DNA of 64,000 nucleotides from a virus, in IMG/VR virus record IMGVR_UViG_3300005542_000007, positions 1 through 64,000 of that record, one strand, 5' to 3'. The position numbers were made by a program, and so were the translations under genes. A model generated the notes under the pieces. The model did no database searches. It had not been told where the DNA came from and saw nothing but the letters and a program-made list of their open reading frames with translations. This document shows positions 1 through 8,878 of this stretch, one piece after another (within the stretch, counting starts at the first letter, position 1; the number at the start of each line of letters is the position of its first letter).

Positions 1-446
1 CATCCTGAAAGAAGAACCGCTAGGGTTAGCTTTAGAGCCAGCAAATCTACCAGTAGGTAGACACCAGCGTAATATGCGTGTAAGTGGGCCACTCTTATAA
101 TTGAAGGCCCATTGAAAGGGATGAACTAGTTAAATTCCACAGGTGATATATCAATTTGATTCTGCGGTAGGAGTACGATCCATATACCGTTGCTAGACGT
201 GTAAAACAGGGAACTTTCGTACAAAGCAAAGACGTTTAATAAGCAGACGACCTGTTCAGAATCATTAATTCTCGACCAACTCAAAAGGGTCGTTCAGGGG
301 CATAGCTCACCCCGCCTATCAGTAATGGTAACGCATGATGAGCTACAATATCTGGTGAAGATGCGGCCTAATGACCCGCCCCTCGTCCATGACTTGGGTA
401 GTTCAAGAATCATAGAACGTCACTAACAATTTAGAAAGGATTACAA

Positions 447-788
447 ATGAATAAATTTATTCGAATAGCTATCTGGGCATTCATCGTAAGTATCTTGGCT
501 TCTGGCATTGCTCTAACTAAAAGGGCATTTGCTGAGGATGTCAACGTTCTGTCACGTCAGTACAATCTTCTATTCACTGAGCTTCTTGTTAAGAAAGTAA
601 AAACCATTGACAAGGGTTCTCCGGTTGTGATATATTTTAAAGATGGTTCAGAGGTAGCTGGCATTTACAAGGGTTACAGTGGATACGATGATTCTCTTTG
701 GATAAAAGTTTATGGGGACTGGTTGCAGAGTGGATACGATTTGAATGAGTTGCAGGATGTAAGAGTGAAAGCAAAGGAGCCAGTGTGA
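447..788 (+). CDS. hypothetical protein with N-terminal signal/TM segment
   Basis: ORF with AAGGA RBS; hydrophobic N-terminus. Confidence 0.6.
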   Translation: MNKFIRIAIWAFIVSILASGIALTKRAFAEDVNVLSRQYNLLFTELLVKKVKTIDKGSPVVIYFKDGSEVAGIYKGYSGYDDSLWIKVYGDWLQSGYDLNELQDVRVKAKEPV

Positions 789-894
789 TAAATTTTTTAA
801 TTGTTATTAATCTATTTTTTGGATGCTTGGATATTTATTTTCATAATTACAGTTTAGCCGCATTTAATCTTGGTGCATTCCTGTGGTTAATTTC

Positions 895-1098
895 ATGAAC
901 AACCCTTGCGAATTCATTAAAGGTATTCACGACGACCCTTTCAGGCTTGTTAAGAATTTGACAGTGAAAGAGTATTACGCTTTGAAGGAACATGTAACTG
1001 GCTGTTCCGAATGCACAAGGCTCCTGGATGATTTGGATGAGAAGTACAAAGACACTGCTCCAGGTAGCAGTGAATGGGACCAAACGAGGTACAATTAA
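895..1098 (+). CDS. small zf-HC2 (ZAS-like) zinc-finger protein
   Basis: EHVTGCSECTRLL matches HxxxCxxC; ATG at 895 overlaps the TGA of a short hydrophobic ORF (785-898). Confidence 0.5.
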   Translation: MNNPCEFIKGIHDDPFRLVKNLTVKEYYALKEHVTGCSECTRLLDDLDEKYKDTAPGSSEWDQTRYN

Positions 1099-1099
1099 A

Positions 1100-1315
1100 A
1101 TGGCTGACATGCAAAAGGTGGCAAGCTCAAACATCGGGTCAATTGGTTACGACAAATCCTCTTGTACCCTTTACGTTCAATTCACATCTGGTGGATTATA
1201 CAAAGTGGCTGATGTCGATGAGGGTGTGTTCGACCGATTTAAGTTGGCTAAGAGTAAGGGAAAGTTTTTCAACCAAGAAATAAAGCCGAGCTATAAAGTA
1301 GAAAAGGTATCGTGA
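1100..1315 (+). CDS. KTSC domain protein
   Basis: VASSNIGSIGYD...LYVQFTSGGLY...V...F..A.SKGKFFNQEIK is the KTSC signature; true start ATG 1100. Confidence 0.9.
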   Translation: MADMQKVASSNIGSIGYDKSSCTLYVQFTSGGLYKVADVDEGVFDRFKLAKSKGKFFNQEIKPSYKVEKVS

Positions 1316-1494
1316 ACACGGAACTCGCTTGTACAAAAAAGCGCAAGTATAAAACTAAAGAACTTGCTACAATCGCTGGAGCATACCAGGAACTAAGGAC
1401 GCCAAACAAGCTAAGGGTATATCAGTGCCCACGTTGCAATCAGTGGCACTTGACAAAGACTGATCACGCATTTAAGAAGGCAGGTATATTGTGA
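1312..1494 (+). CDS. small phage zinc-finger protein
   Basis: C..K..Y...A...RVYQCPRCNQWHLT, a common phage pattern; GTGA overlap. Confidence 0.65.
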   Translation: MNTELACTKKRKYKTKELATIAGAYQELRTPNKLRVYQCPRCNQWHLTKTDHAFKKAGIL

Positions 1495-1661
1495 CGCCCT
1501 GCATAATGTGCCACAAAGAATTTGAAAAAGCTCAATTAGATTTTCTGGAACGCTGTGATGATTGTTTTAAATTGTACATGACGATGCCCGAAGCAGACAG
1601 ACCAAAGCTGGGCGTTCCATTCGTGCCTATTTATAACGGTAAAGACAAATACGGATTTTAG
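1491..1661 (+). CDS. small CxxC..CxxC protein (not in ORF track)
   Basis: Hand translation MTPCIMCHKEF...RCDDCFK...GF*; GTGA overlap. Confidence 0.5.
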   Translation: MTPCIMCHKEFEKAQLDFLERCDDCFKLYMTMPEADRPKLGVPFVPIYNGKDKYGF

Positions 1662-1669
1662 AGAATAAC

Positions 1670-2800
1670 ATGCAAGATCCTCGCAGCTATTTTTCAGACA
1701 ATCAATTATTTGATTTGGAAACGCTTAAGCAACATTGTGAACATCATGGTGTTTGGTCCAACACGTCCGAACGATTTCCCAATCTTACTCTGCTCAAGTA
1801 TAAAGACGAAGTGCAATGGGGGGACAAACCCTGGACCTCGTTTGCCAGAATGTCCAGGGGGCTTGTAGTTGATATGAAGAATCAAACTATTTTAGCGCAT
1901 GGATTTAACAAATTCTTCAATATAAATCAGCAGCCAGAAACCAATTACGAAATCCTGAAAGACCAGAAGGGATTCGAAGTGTCAGAAAAGCTAGATGGTT
2001 CGTGTCTTGTATCATTTTTGAATCCGAATGACAACCAGTTTTACCTCACCACAACTGGTTCTTTTGATTCTGAGCATGGGAAGGTAGGCACCGAGCTTTT
2101 CAGGCAAATGCTGTGTTGCCCTAAAATAGCCGCTTATGCGGCCATGGGAACGTTCATCTTTGAATTAATCGATGCGAGATTTCGTATCGTTATTAATTAT
2201 CGAGCCAAAGGATACGAAGACGGCCTGTATCTCATTGGGTACAGGACCAGGGAAGGTCGCTTGCTTACCTACGCTGAGGTGCAGGAATTAGCCACCCAGC
2301 TTGCCCTACCTTGCATGAACACCTACGCTTTCGAGTCCTTGGACCAACTCATAGAAAAGACGAAGGAATTGCCTTTATCGGAGGAGGGTTACGTTTTGCG
2401 TTATCCTGATGGGTTAATGGTTAAAATTAAGGGAACTGCCTACCTCCAGGCTCACAGGTTTGTTAGCCAACTCTCTGACAAGCACCTTCTTGAATCTTTG
2501 ATAGAGGGCGTTGAAGACCCCTTAATTGAAATCTGCCCAGATGAATTCCGCCAGGAAGTAGTTGAGAAGATCACTTATTTTAAATTACGCAAGCTCGACA
2601 TTTTGAATCAGTGTTACAAATACTTTGCTGAAGCTCCAAAAGAAGATAGAAAGACATTTGCCCTGTGGGTAATTAAAAATGTGAAGCCGAGTTTGAAGGG
2701 CTGCTTATTTCAATTGATTGATTGCAAGCCGTTGAAAGATAAGGACTTGTATGGTATAATTGAAAGAACGGAGAAGCCGAGTACGGTGACAAGAATATGA
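1670..2800 (+). CDS. T4 Rnl1/RnlA-like RNA ligase
   Basis: SRGLV..., FNKFFN, motif I EKLDGS, FEL, EEGYVL, VKIK. Confidence 0.88.
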   Translation: MQDPRSYFSDNQLFDLETLKQHCEHHGVWSNTSERFPNLTLLKYKDEVQWGDKPWTSFARMSRGLVVDMKNQTILAHGFNKFFNINQQPETNYEILKDQKGFEVSEKLDGSCLVSFLNPNDNQFYLTTTGSFDSEHGKVGTELFRQMLCCPKIAAYAAMGTFIFELIDARFRIVINYRAKGYEDGLYLIGYRTREGRLLTYAEVQELATQLALPCMNTYAFESLDQLIEKTKELPLSEEGYVLRYPDGLMVKIKGTAYLQAHRFVSQLSDKHLLESLIEGVEDPLIEICPDEFRQEVVEKITYFKLRKLDILNQCYKYFAEAPKEDRKTFALWVIKNVKPSLKGCLFQLIDCKPLKDKDLYGIIERTEKPSTVTRI

Positions 2801-3207
2801 AAAAACAATTATTGTTGGGGTTGGTTTTAATTCAGATAAGCAGCAATGCTTTTCCTTTTTGTCTGCGGTCCCCCGAAGGAAGAGAAGAATGTACTCCAGA
2901 GCCAGTTACCGTTTTGCCCGCTAAAAAAGCAAGGGACATTATAATGAACACTGTGTACAAGAAACACGAAAAGGCAATTGATTGGTGGGTTACAGAAATA
3001 AATAAGAAAATTATACATGAGTCCGATTTCCCAAGTGCCAGTGTTACAGTTGATATCACAGCAGCAAGCGATGAAGTTCAGAGATATTTACAGATGGCGT
3101 ATGAACGTGAAGGGTACACTGCCCAAATAATGGGAAACCATTGGCGTCACCATCCATACTACGATAAGAATGTGGAGCCGCACTATTATTTGGGATTGTC
3201 GTGGTAA
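2797..3207 (+). CDS. hypothetical secreted protein
   Basis: Signal-peptide-like N-terminus; ATGA coupling. Confidence 0.55.
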   Translation: MKKQLLLGLVLIQISSNAFPFCLRSPEGREECTPEPVTVLPAKKARDIIMNTVYKKHEKAIDWWVTEINKKIIHESDFPSASVTVDITAASDEVQRYLQMAYEREGYTAQIMGNHWRHHPYYDKNVEPHYYLGLSW

Positions 3208-3208
3208 T

Positions 3209-3418
3209 ATGAAAGCGATAAATAAAAAACAATTTTCCCACAAAGATATGAATTCTGCCAGGAAGCGCGGTGTTGTGGCTGGATTGGTATTGGCAACCGA
3301 CCTTGTGTATGCAGAACAAAAGAAAGCTGCGAGGAAAGGATTGCAAACAAACGCTTTAGATATTTTGGACGCTATTCAAAAAGCTCTGGATGAAACACGA
3401 GGACCGATAAAGTTATGA
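3209..3418 (+). CDS. hypothetical protein
   Basis: ATG immediately after previous stop. Confidence 0.5.
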   Translation: MKAINKKQFSHKDMNSARKRGVVAGLVLATDLVYAEQKKAARKGLQTNALDILDAIQKALDETRGPIKL

Positions 3419-3518
3419 AAATAGTTCCAGAGATAGCTTGTCCAGACCACGGTAGGAAATGGAAGCCGGAGATTTGTGAAAATTGTGCTGTGATCGTTAA
3501 ATATTTTAGGGAGAGTAG

Positions 3519-4004
3519 ATGACAACAGCTTGGGGACAGTTTAGAAATTTTATAAACTCCAAAGAGGTTGGATACACTTTTACCCGTCAGAAGTTGTTTG
3601 ATTCCCTTCGCGCACTCAATCCCGCAACAATAGATGGGTACCGCTGTCTAGCACAGCAAGCCAAGTTTGTTGAGCGCGTTGGCCGTGGGCGATATAAAAT
3701 TGCAAATCATTTACCTGAAGGTTTAACAATGGGTTCCTTGTTTGCATTGTTGAGAGGTGACAATCTCACGTACATAGAAGAGATTCAAAAGCAAAAAGAG
3801 TTAAACGTAATTAAACAACAATTTAATAAAGACCGTAGAGAAGTGTTGAAGCATTTAATTGTTCAAATCTCACAGCACATTCCATATGCCGAAGCCATAG
3901 AATCTTCTGCGTTTGGTTTGAAACAACTAATCCGTAGCTGGAAATGGGAATTGAGTAAAGAAAAGAATCCAACAAAAAATTGGAGTGAAAGGAGAAATAA
4001 ATGA
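3519..4004 (+). CDS. hypothetical protein with internal DNL tag
   Basis: GGGAG RBS; contains GDNLTYIEEIQKQKEL internally. Confidence 0.6.
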   Translation: MTTAWGQFRNFINSKEVGYTFTRQKLFDSLRALNPATIDGYRCLAQQAKFVERVGRGRYKIANHLPEGLTMGSLFALLRGDNLTYIEEIQKQKELNVIKQQFNKDRREVLKHLIVQISQHIPYAEAIESSAFGLKQLIRSWKWELSKEKNPTKNWSERRNK

Positions 4005-4457
4005 TAAACTTGTTACTGTCTTCTAATGTGCTCTTGCTGCTCTCTACCCTCGTATTGTTGAGGCGCGATAGATTGGTAAGGGTAGCGCGTAAACAACACA
4101 AACGATTGCCGAGATAAATAATGGAAACATCTGCGATCAATTTAACTGGAACTCCGGGTTTCTGGACATTTGTTTTTGTTCACCCCTGTCTATCATTCTT
4201 CGCTTTTTGTTTTTTAGTATGGGCTTTCTTTGGCACCATCACAGATATTTTAATTGCATGGAGCAAAAGGAAATAATGGACAAAGTAGAAAGAGCAATTT
4301 TTCTTAAGTTTTTGAATTACAGTATTGTTACAATGAACTGGTTTGTTAGGCGCGTTGAAAAGAAATACGCCAGTGAGCTTGACCCCGAACAAGTTGCAGA
4401 GGTTAAAGAATTATTGAAAAAGTTAGAGGTAGAAAGAGACGGACTGGAGCACGAAGA

Positions 4458-4892
4458 GTGAAGCTTTTCATTGACGACTATCGCTCCGAACCAGAAGGTT
4501 GGCACTTAGCCAAGACGATTACGGAAGCAGTTCGTATTCTTTCTGGGCCTATTTATGCCGAGGCGATATCTTTGGACCACGACATCATATTTCGTGAAGG
4601 CAAGCACGGCTTTTCTGAAGAGACCTTTGCCACAGTTGCTCGTTATATTGCTGTCATGCCAAAAGAAAAATTACCTAAGATTGTGTATGTACACACAGCA
4701 AATCCGAAAGGTGCAAACAACATTTTGGAAATTCTTAAGGATGTTGTTCCCACTGTGAATATTGAAAATGATGGACATTTCAATACAACTGGCGACTACT
4801 CTGGTGATATTAATTACAAGGGGATATTGATAAAATTAGAGCAGGAACGTGAGAAGCAAGAACAGGAACATAAATTTGAAGGGGAGTTTTAA
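4458..4892 (+). CDS. cyclic-phosphate-processing receiver domain protein
   Basis: KLFIDDYR.EP.GW...ISLDHD...VHTANPKG signature. Confidence 0.8.
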   Translation: MKLFIDDYRSEPEGWHLAKTITEAVRILSGPIYAEAISLDHDIIFREGKHGFSEETFATVARYIAVMPKEKLPKIVYVHTANPKGANNILEILKDVVPTVNIENDGHFNTTGDYSGDINYKGILIKLEQEREKQEQEHKFEGEF

Positions 4893-4930
4893 AAGTAGCT
4901 GAAGTCTGGTATACTTAATATTGGAGAATC

Positions 4931-5341
4931 ATGAGCCTGTTCGAAACACTATTTGAAACATTTATTTGGGGAGTGTTTGGAACAACCTTTATTGTGGGAA
5001 TTGGGGCAGCTATTTTTACTTTGTTTAAATACCCACTCATCTTCTTGGGTCTGGTTGGGTTCTTCACATTCGTTTTATTTGTAGGTTGGTGCATCCTTCA
5101 CTACAATAACTTTTGCGAGTTGTTCAGCAGGAGAGCGGATAAAAATGCTCCCGTTCCGTCTTATGGGAATACAACGCTCGGTAAGTTGAGCAGACTCGAA
5201 AACAAATATCGAATAACCACCGTAGAATTTATGAGCTTTGCTTCGCGGGATTTGATGCCGTATGGGATGGACAACTTGGATTACTTGGAATGGGTTTCGC
5301 TCGTAAACGAATTGCCCTCTATAATCCAATGGGAGGCGTAA
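4931..5341 (+). CDS. membrane protein with near-terminal DNL-like tag
   Basis: Two N-terminal TM segments; MDNLDYLEW near C-terminus. Confidence 0.55.
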   Translation: MSLFETLFETFIWGVFGTTFIVGIGAAIFTLFKYPLIFLGLVGFFTFVLFVGWCILHYNNFCELFSRRADKNAPVPSYGNTTLGKLSRLENKYRITTVEFMSFASRDLMPYGMDNLDYLEWVSLVNELPSIIQWEA

Positions 5342-5718
5342 TGAATAAAATTACGGTATTTGTTCTCGGTGCTATGTTTGGTGAAATTACAATGCTTCCC
5401 GCTATCGCACACATTATAAACACGCCAGTGGTAAGAGCAGAAATAGTACCCAATTGTTATGAGCTTGTACAGCAAACGTTTGTACACGAAATTAAGAACG
5501 TCAAGAATTTTCAGGGGAAGGTCAGCACTTTAAAGATTCATTTAGTTAATCCACAATCCCTTCAAAAGATTTACGAGGATAGGTTTGGAGAAGATGATAG
5601 TGTTGGTACAATTATGGGTTTCTACGATGACAAAACAAACGAGATATTTTGCGTCTACGACGCTAATGTCCTTTCACACGAGTTGAAACACGTATTCGAA
5701 GGTTCTTGGCACAGATAG
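5341..5718 (+). CDS. putative secreted HExxH metallopeptidase
   Basis: GFYD...VLSHELKHV; hydrophobic N-terminus; GGAGG RBS before ATG 5341. Confidence 0.55.
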   Translation: MNKITVFVLGAMFGEITMLPAIAHIINTPVVRAEIVPNCYELVQQTFVHEIKNVKNFQGKVSTLKIHLVNPQSLQKIYEDRFGEDDSVGTIMGFYDDKTNEIFCVYDANVLSHELKHVFEGSWHR

Positions 5719-5727
5719 GAGAAAACG

Positions 5728-5994
5728 ATGAGTGAAGATACAGACCAGGATTTGGCTTGCGCTGGAATTGACGACGGTTATGAAAGTGTATTCGAAGAAC
5801 GGTTTAAACCCAGGCAGCAGTTCTTTTATGTTGTGTTGCAAGACAACACAGGAAAGATTGTAGATATTGGACACTACAACGATTATGAAGTAGCTTTGAT
5901 GCGCGGAATGGACAAAGCTAAAGAGACTGGAACTCAGTGGAGTATATTTTCACTGGCAGGGAAATTTGTTGATGGAAATTTTGTTGGAAAATAA
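5728..5994 (+). CDS. hypothetical protein
   Basis: AGGAG RBS. Confidence 0.55.
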   Translation: MSEDTDQDLACAGIDDGYESVFEERFKPRQQFFYVVLQDNTGKIVDIGHYNDYEVALMRGMDKAKETGTQWSIFSLAGKFVDGNFVGK

Positions 5995-6012
5995 AAATAA
6001 AGGAGAATTAAA

Positions 6013-6360
6013 ATGCCTGAAAGACCGTTAGGACCAGCAGACTGGCTAAAGAAAACAGTTACAGACTTTGACAAAGCAAACGCACCAGCAGTTGAAGAAG
6101 TAAAGAAAGAGTTGGTTGAGGAAGTTGTAAGGCTTGACCCAGCAGCACCAAAGGTTGAAGAGCCAGTTAAGGTTGAAGAGCCAGTTAAGGTTGAAGAAAA
6201 AGCTACGCCTGTTCCTCCAGCCGCTGAGGTTGCCCCAGAACTTAACAACGCTCCCACTTCAACAGTGCCGCCAGCCGTTGCTTCACCAGCACCAGTTGTG
6301 ACGCCAGCACCAACAGTTCCACCAGTTGCTTCAGTTTCACCGACAACGCCACTGAAGTAA
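6013..6360 (+). CDS. Pro/Ala/Val-rich low-complexity protein
   Basis: AAGGAG RBS; KVEEPV repeats. Confidence 0.6.
   Translation: MPERPLGPADWLKKTVTDFDKANAPAVEEVKKELVEEVVRLDPAAPKVEEPVKVEEPVKVEEKATPVPPAAEVAPELNNAPTSTVPPAVASPAPVVTPAPTVPPVASVSPTTPLK
6151..6198 (+). repeat. 18-bp tandem repeat (aaggttgaagagccagtt), ~2.6 copies
   Basis: Directly visible; encodes KVEEPV. Confidence 0.85.
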
Positions 6361-6483
6361 GGGAAGTAAACATGCATGATGTGTGGTTGGCTGTTTGGGA
6401 CCTGCTTAAAACAACCCTCATAGCTACGCCATTAATTATCGTAGGTGCTTTGGTAATGACTGCCATTTGTTCGTGGCCGCTCG

Positions 6484-6675
6484 ATGATTGATATTATTTG
6501 TAGGTGTGGACATAGTAAAAATGTTCATCAGCGCTTAGGTAATGAAGAGTATGGTGCCACAATGTGTCTTGCGGCAGGACCTGATACATTGGTTCAAGAT
6601 TGTCCATGTTATGAATATACACCAGACAATCTTCTTCACATTGAGCAAATGGCAAAGGAACGAAAGTTGACATGA
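6484..6675 (+). CDS. CxCGH zinc-binding mini-protein with C-terminal DNL tag
   Basis: CRCGH..H..C..CPC; ends PDNLLHIEQMAKERKLT*. Confidence 0.75.
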   Translation: MIDIICRCGHSKNVHQRLGNEEYGATMCLAAGPDTLVQDCPCYEYTPDNLLHIEQMAKERKLT

Positions 6676-6848
6676 TTGATATTCCTTGCACATGTAAGCA
6701 CAAAAATACGGAGCATTATAAACCGCCAAAAGCTACAACTTATTCGTCTTGTTGGTTTTGTGCGTTAGCGGGTAACTGGTGTGCTCAGTATGTACCAGAC
6801 AACTTATCTTACGTAGAACAACTGGCAAAGGAGAAGAATTTGATATGA
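6672..6848 (+). CDS. CxCxH mini-protein with C-terminal DNL tag (not in ORF track)
   Basis: Hand translation MIDIPCTCKH...CWFC...CAQYVPDNLSYVEQLAKEKNLI*; ATGA overlaps at both ends. Confidence 0.75.
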   Translation: MIDIPCTCKHKNTEHYKPPKATTYSSCWFCALAGNWCAQYVPDNLSYVEQLAKEKNLI

Positions 6849-7144
6849 AGATTGATTATTCAAAATGGTATTTTACCCCAACATCAAATGGGCAGTATTT
6901 TTCTGGGCTACTTAAAATATTCAACCCGGCAGAAAATATTGAACTGAGCCACTACGTTTATGGAAGTAAGGGCTCTTTGGACCCAACTGATGACCCATTA
7001 AAACATATCAAAGAAGTATGTAAGCTAGAAATAAGAAACTGGTACCTTAATCGAGAATACGATAAACTGGTTGACCAAAAGATACCAATTGAAGATAATC
7101 TGGATTACGTTGAGAATGAAGCAGAGAAACGAGGGTTGATTTGA
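6845..7144 (+). CDS. hypothetical protein with C-terminal DNL tag
   Basis: True start ATG 6845; ends EDNLDYVENEAEKRGLI*. Confidence 0.7.
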   Translation: MKIDYSKWYFTPTSNGQYFSGLLKIFNPAENIELSHYVYGSKGSLDPTDDPLKHIKEVCKLEIRNWYLNREYDKLVDQKIPIEDNLDYVENEAEKRGLI

Positions 7145-7313
7145 CAGAACCTTTCCATCTCGACCTTAAAGGTTGTGTGAAAAGCAAAGGAGTTATTTGC
7201 ATTCCTTTGCCAGAGCTTATTAAATTGTTTGAGAAGTTCCCGTATCACATGGGCAAACAATACAAAGAGTTTCTGGAACAGGCGAACGTATCGGATAAAA
7301 TTGAGGAGACAAA

Positions 7314-7622
7314 ATGAAAAGATTAATTTTAATATTGGCGATGTTTGGACTACCTACATTGGTACACGCAAATATGACAGGACAAGAATTACATTGGCAA
7401 CTTTCTGTGCCTCTGGACGGGATGCCGTGGGTTATTGGACATGCAGAAGGATACATTGATGGAGTAATTTCTGCTGCTTTAGGATGTCCTTCTGGAAAAC
7501 ATTTAACATCAGGACAAGCATGGCAGATAGTTCAAAACTATTTGGAAGCACATCCAGAAGAGTGGCATAAAGAAGCAGCCCTTCTTATTAAAGAAGCTTT
7601 AGATCCACTATGTAAATATTAG
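7314..7622 (+). CDS. Rap1a/Tai-like immunity protein
   Basis: Signal peptide, then MTGQEL...GYIDGV...CP...T.GQ...IV.NYL.AHPE..H..AA.LI.EAL. Confidence 0.75.
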   Translation: MKRLILILAMFGLPTLVHANMTGQELHWQLSVPLDGMPWVIGHAEGYIDGVISAALGCPSGKHLTSGQAWQIVQNYLEAHPEEWHKEAALLIKEALDPLCKY

Positions 7623-7634
7623 GAGGTAATTAGA

Positions 7635-8165
7635 ATGCGAGCATATCTTTCGGGCAGTATGGCCGGACGATTTACCCAGGAAGTCCAGGCAGAACGCGCT
7701 GAAGCTTCTGCTGCCTTGGCAAAGATTGGTGTACGCGCTGCCGATCCTGCTGCGGCTGAATCACAGCTTTGGGGCCGACACGTAAAGTCTCGTGTCTCCA
7801 CAAAGTTCAAATATAAAATTATAGAAGCAATGGTGAAACGCGATCTTTGGTTGATTCGCCGTTGCGATATTGTGTTGGTTCTTACTGGCGATCAAGTAAG
7901 TGATGGAACGTGGCAAGAATGGTGTTACGCTAACATGATGGGCATCCCTGTTGTTATGATTGCCCCCAAACGGCACAAAGGAGAGCTTTCGGGTTGGGCC
8001 AATGTTACGATACCAAGGGGAAATATTGTACCGAATCTCAAAGCTGCTTGCAACCTGATTAAACGCAGGTATCTAAAAGAAGATGCACAATTCAAAGCGT
8101 ATTTCAATGCTTCAATCAAAAACGCCAACAGAAACATTAAGAACGGGAAGCGAAAAAAGCATTGA
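7635..8165 (+). CDS. nucleoside 2-deoxyribosyltransferase-like protein
   Basis: AYLSGSM...RDLWLIRRCDIVLV...SDGTWQE..YA...GIPV. Confidence 0.7.
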   Translation: MRAYLSGSMAGRFTQEVQAERAEASAALAKIGVRAADPAAAESQLWGRHVKSRVSTKFKYKIIEAMVKRDLWLIRRCDIVLVLTGDQVSDGTWQEWCYANMMGIPVVMIAPKRHKGELSGWANVTIPRGNIVPNLKAACNLIKRRYLKEDAQFKAYFNASIKNANRNIKNGKRKKH

Positions 8166-8190
8166 CAATTGGCAGCAAATCTGTTATAAT
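8162..8190 (+). promoter_or_regulatory. sigma70-type promoter
   Basis: TTGACA-17 bp-TATAAT with extended -10 TG. Confidence 0.85.
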
Positions 8191-8198
8191 TAAAGTGT

Positions 8199-8420
8199 AT
8201 GAAGATTAAAGCCACACACCTCTGTCGTTGTGGACACGCTGCGTGGAACCATACCCATGGGGTTTTTAATGGGGAAGAGTGCGTTGCTGATTTTAGAAAA
8301 GTTAGAAATAACGATAAAAATCCAAAAGGTTGTAGCAAATGTTATATAAGCTGTAAAAAGTTTCAATTGCCCAACTTCGACCTTGTTGAATATTTAGCTG
8401 AGAAGAGGGGATTAGTGTGA
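8199..8420 (+). CDS. CxCGH mini-protein with variant C-terminal tag
   Basis: CRCGH..H..C..C..C; ends LPNFDLVEYLAEKRGLV*. Confidence 0.72.
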   Translation: MKIKATHLCRCGHAAWNHTHGVFNGEECVADFRKVRNNDKNPKGCSKCYISCKKFQLPNFDLVEYLAEKRGLV

Positions 8421-8878
8421 GTGACGATAAAGATAACATTCGCGTTGACCTCTTAAAATTCCGCCGCAAGGCGTACCTCACTTATCCTGTGGGAAGTGAG
8501 GAACGGAAGATTTTCTTGAAAGCCGTCCTCAAACACGAATTGATGTTAACGGAAAGGGACGTTCCCCAGGACCTCATCAACCTTATTATCGAAGGTGGAC
8601 AGGTTGTGTTCTGGGATTCAATGAAGCATTTTCTTCTTTGGCTTGGAGCATCTACTGTGTGTGGCGGTATTTTTGCTTGGCTGTATACTCTGCGTATATT
8701 TATGGGGTTCGGCTTTCTTTTTTTCGGAGTGGGGTGCCTCACTATCGCAGTCCAATACCTTTACGAGTATTGGCGGTATTGCAAGAGTTTAAAGACAGTC
8801 AAAAAGTATTCGAATGATATGCAACAATATATAAATAAAATATCGAATGACATTAAGAGATTGGAAGGACCACGATGA
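8417..8878 (+). CDS. two-TM membrane protein
   Basis: Two hydrophobic stretches; GTGA coupling. Confidence 0.6.
   Translation: MSDDKDNIRVDLLKFRRKAYLTYPVGSEERKIFLKAVLKHELMLTERDVPQDLINLIIEGGQVVFWDSMKHFLLWLGASTVCGGIFAWLYTLRIFMGFGFLFFGVGCLTIAVQYLYEYWRYCKSLKTVKKYSNDMQQYINKISNDIKRLEGPR

Noticed and set aside
1450-1478. TTGACA possible promoter
   Set aside because: The hexamer at 17-bp spacing (taagaa) is a poor -10 and lies within a CDS.
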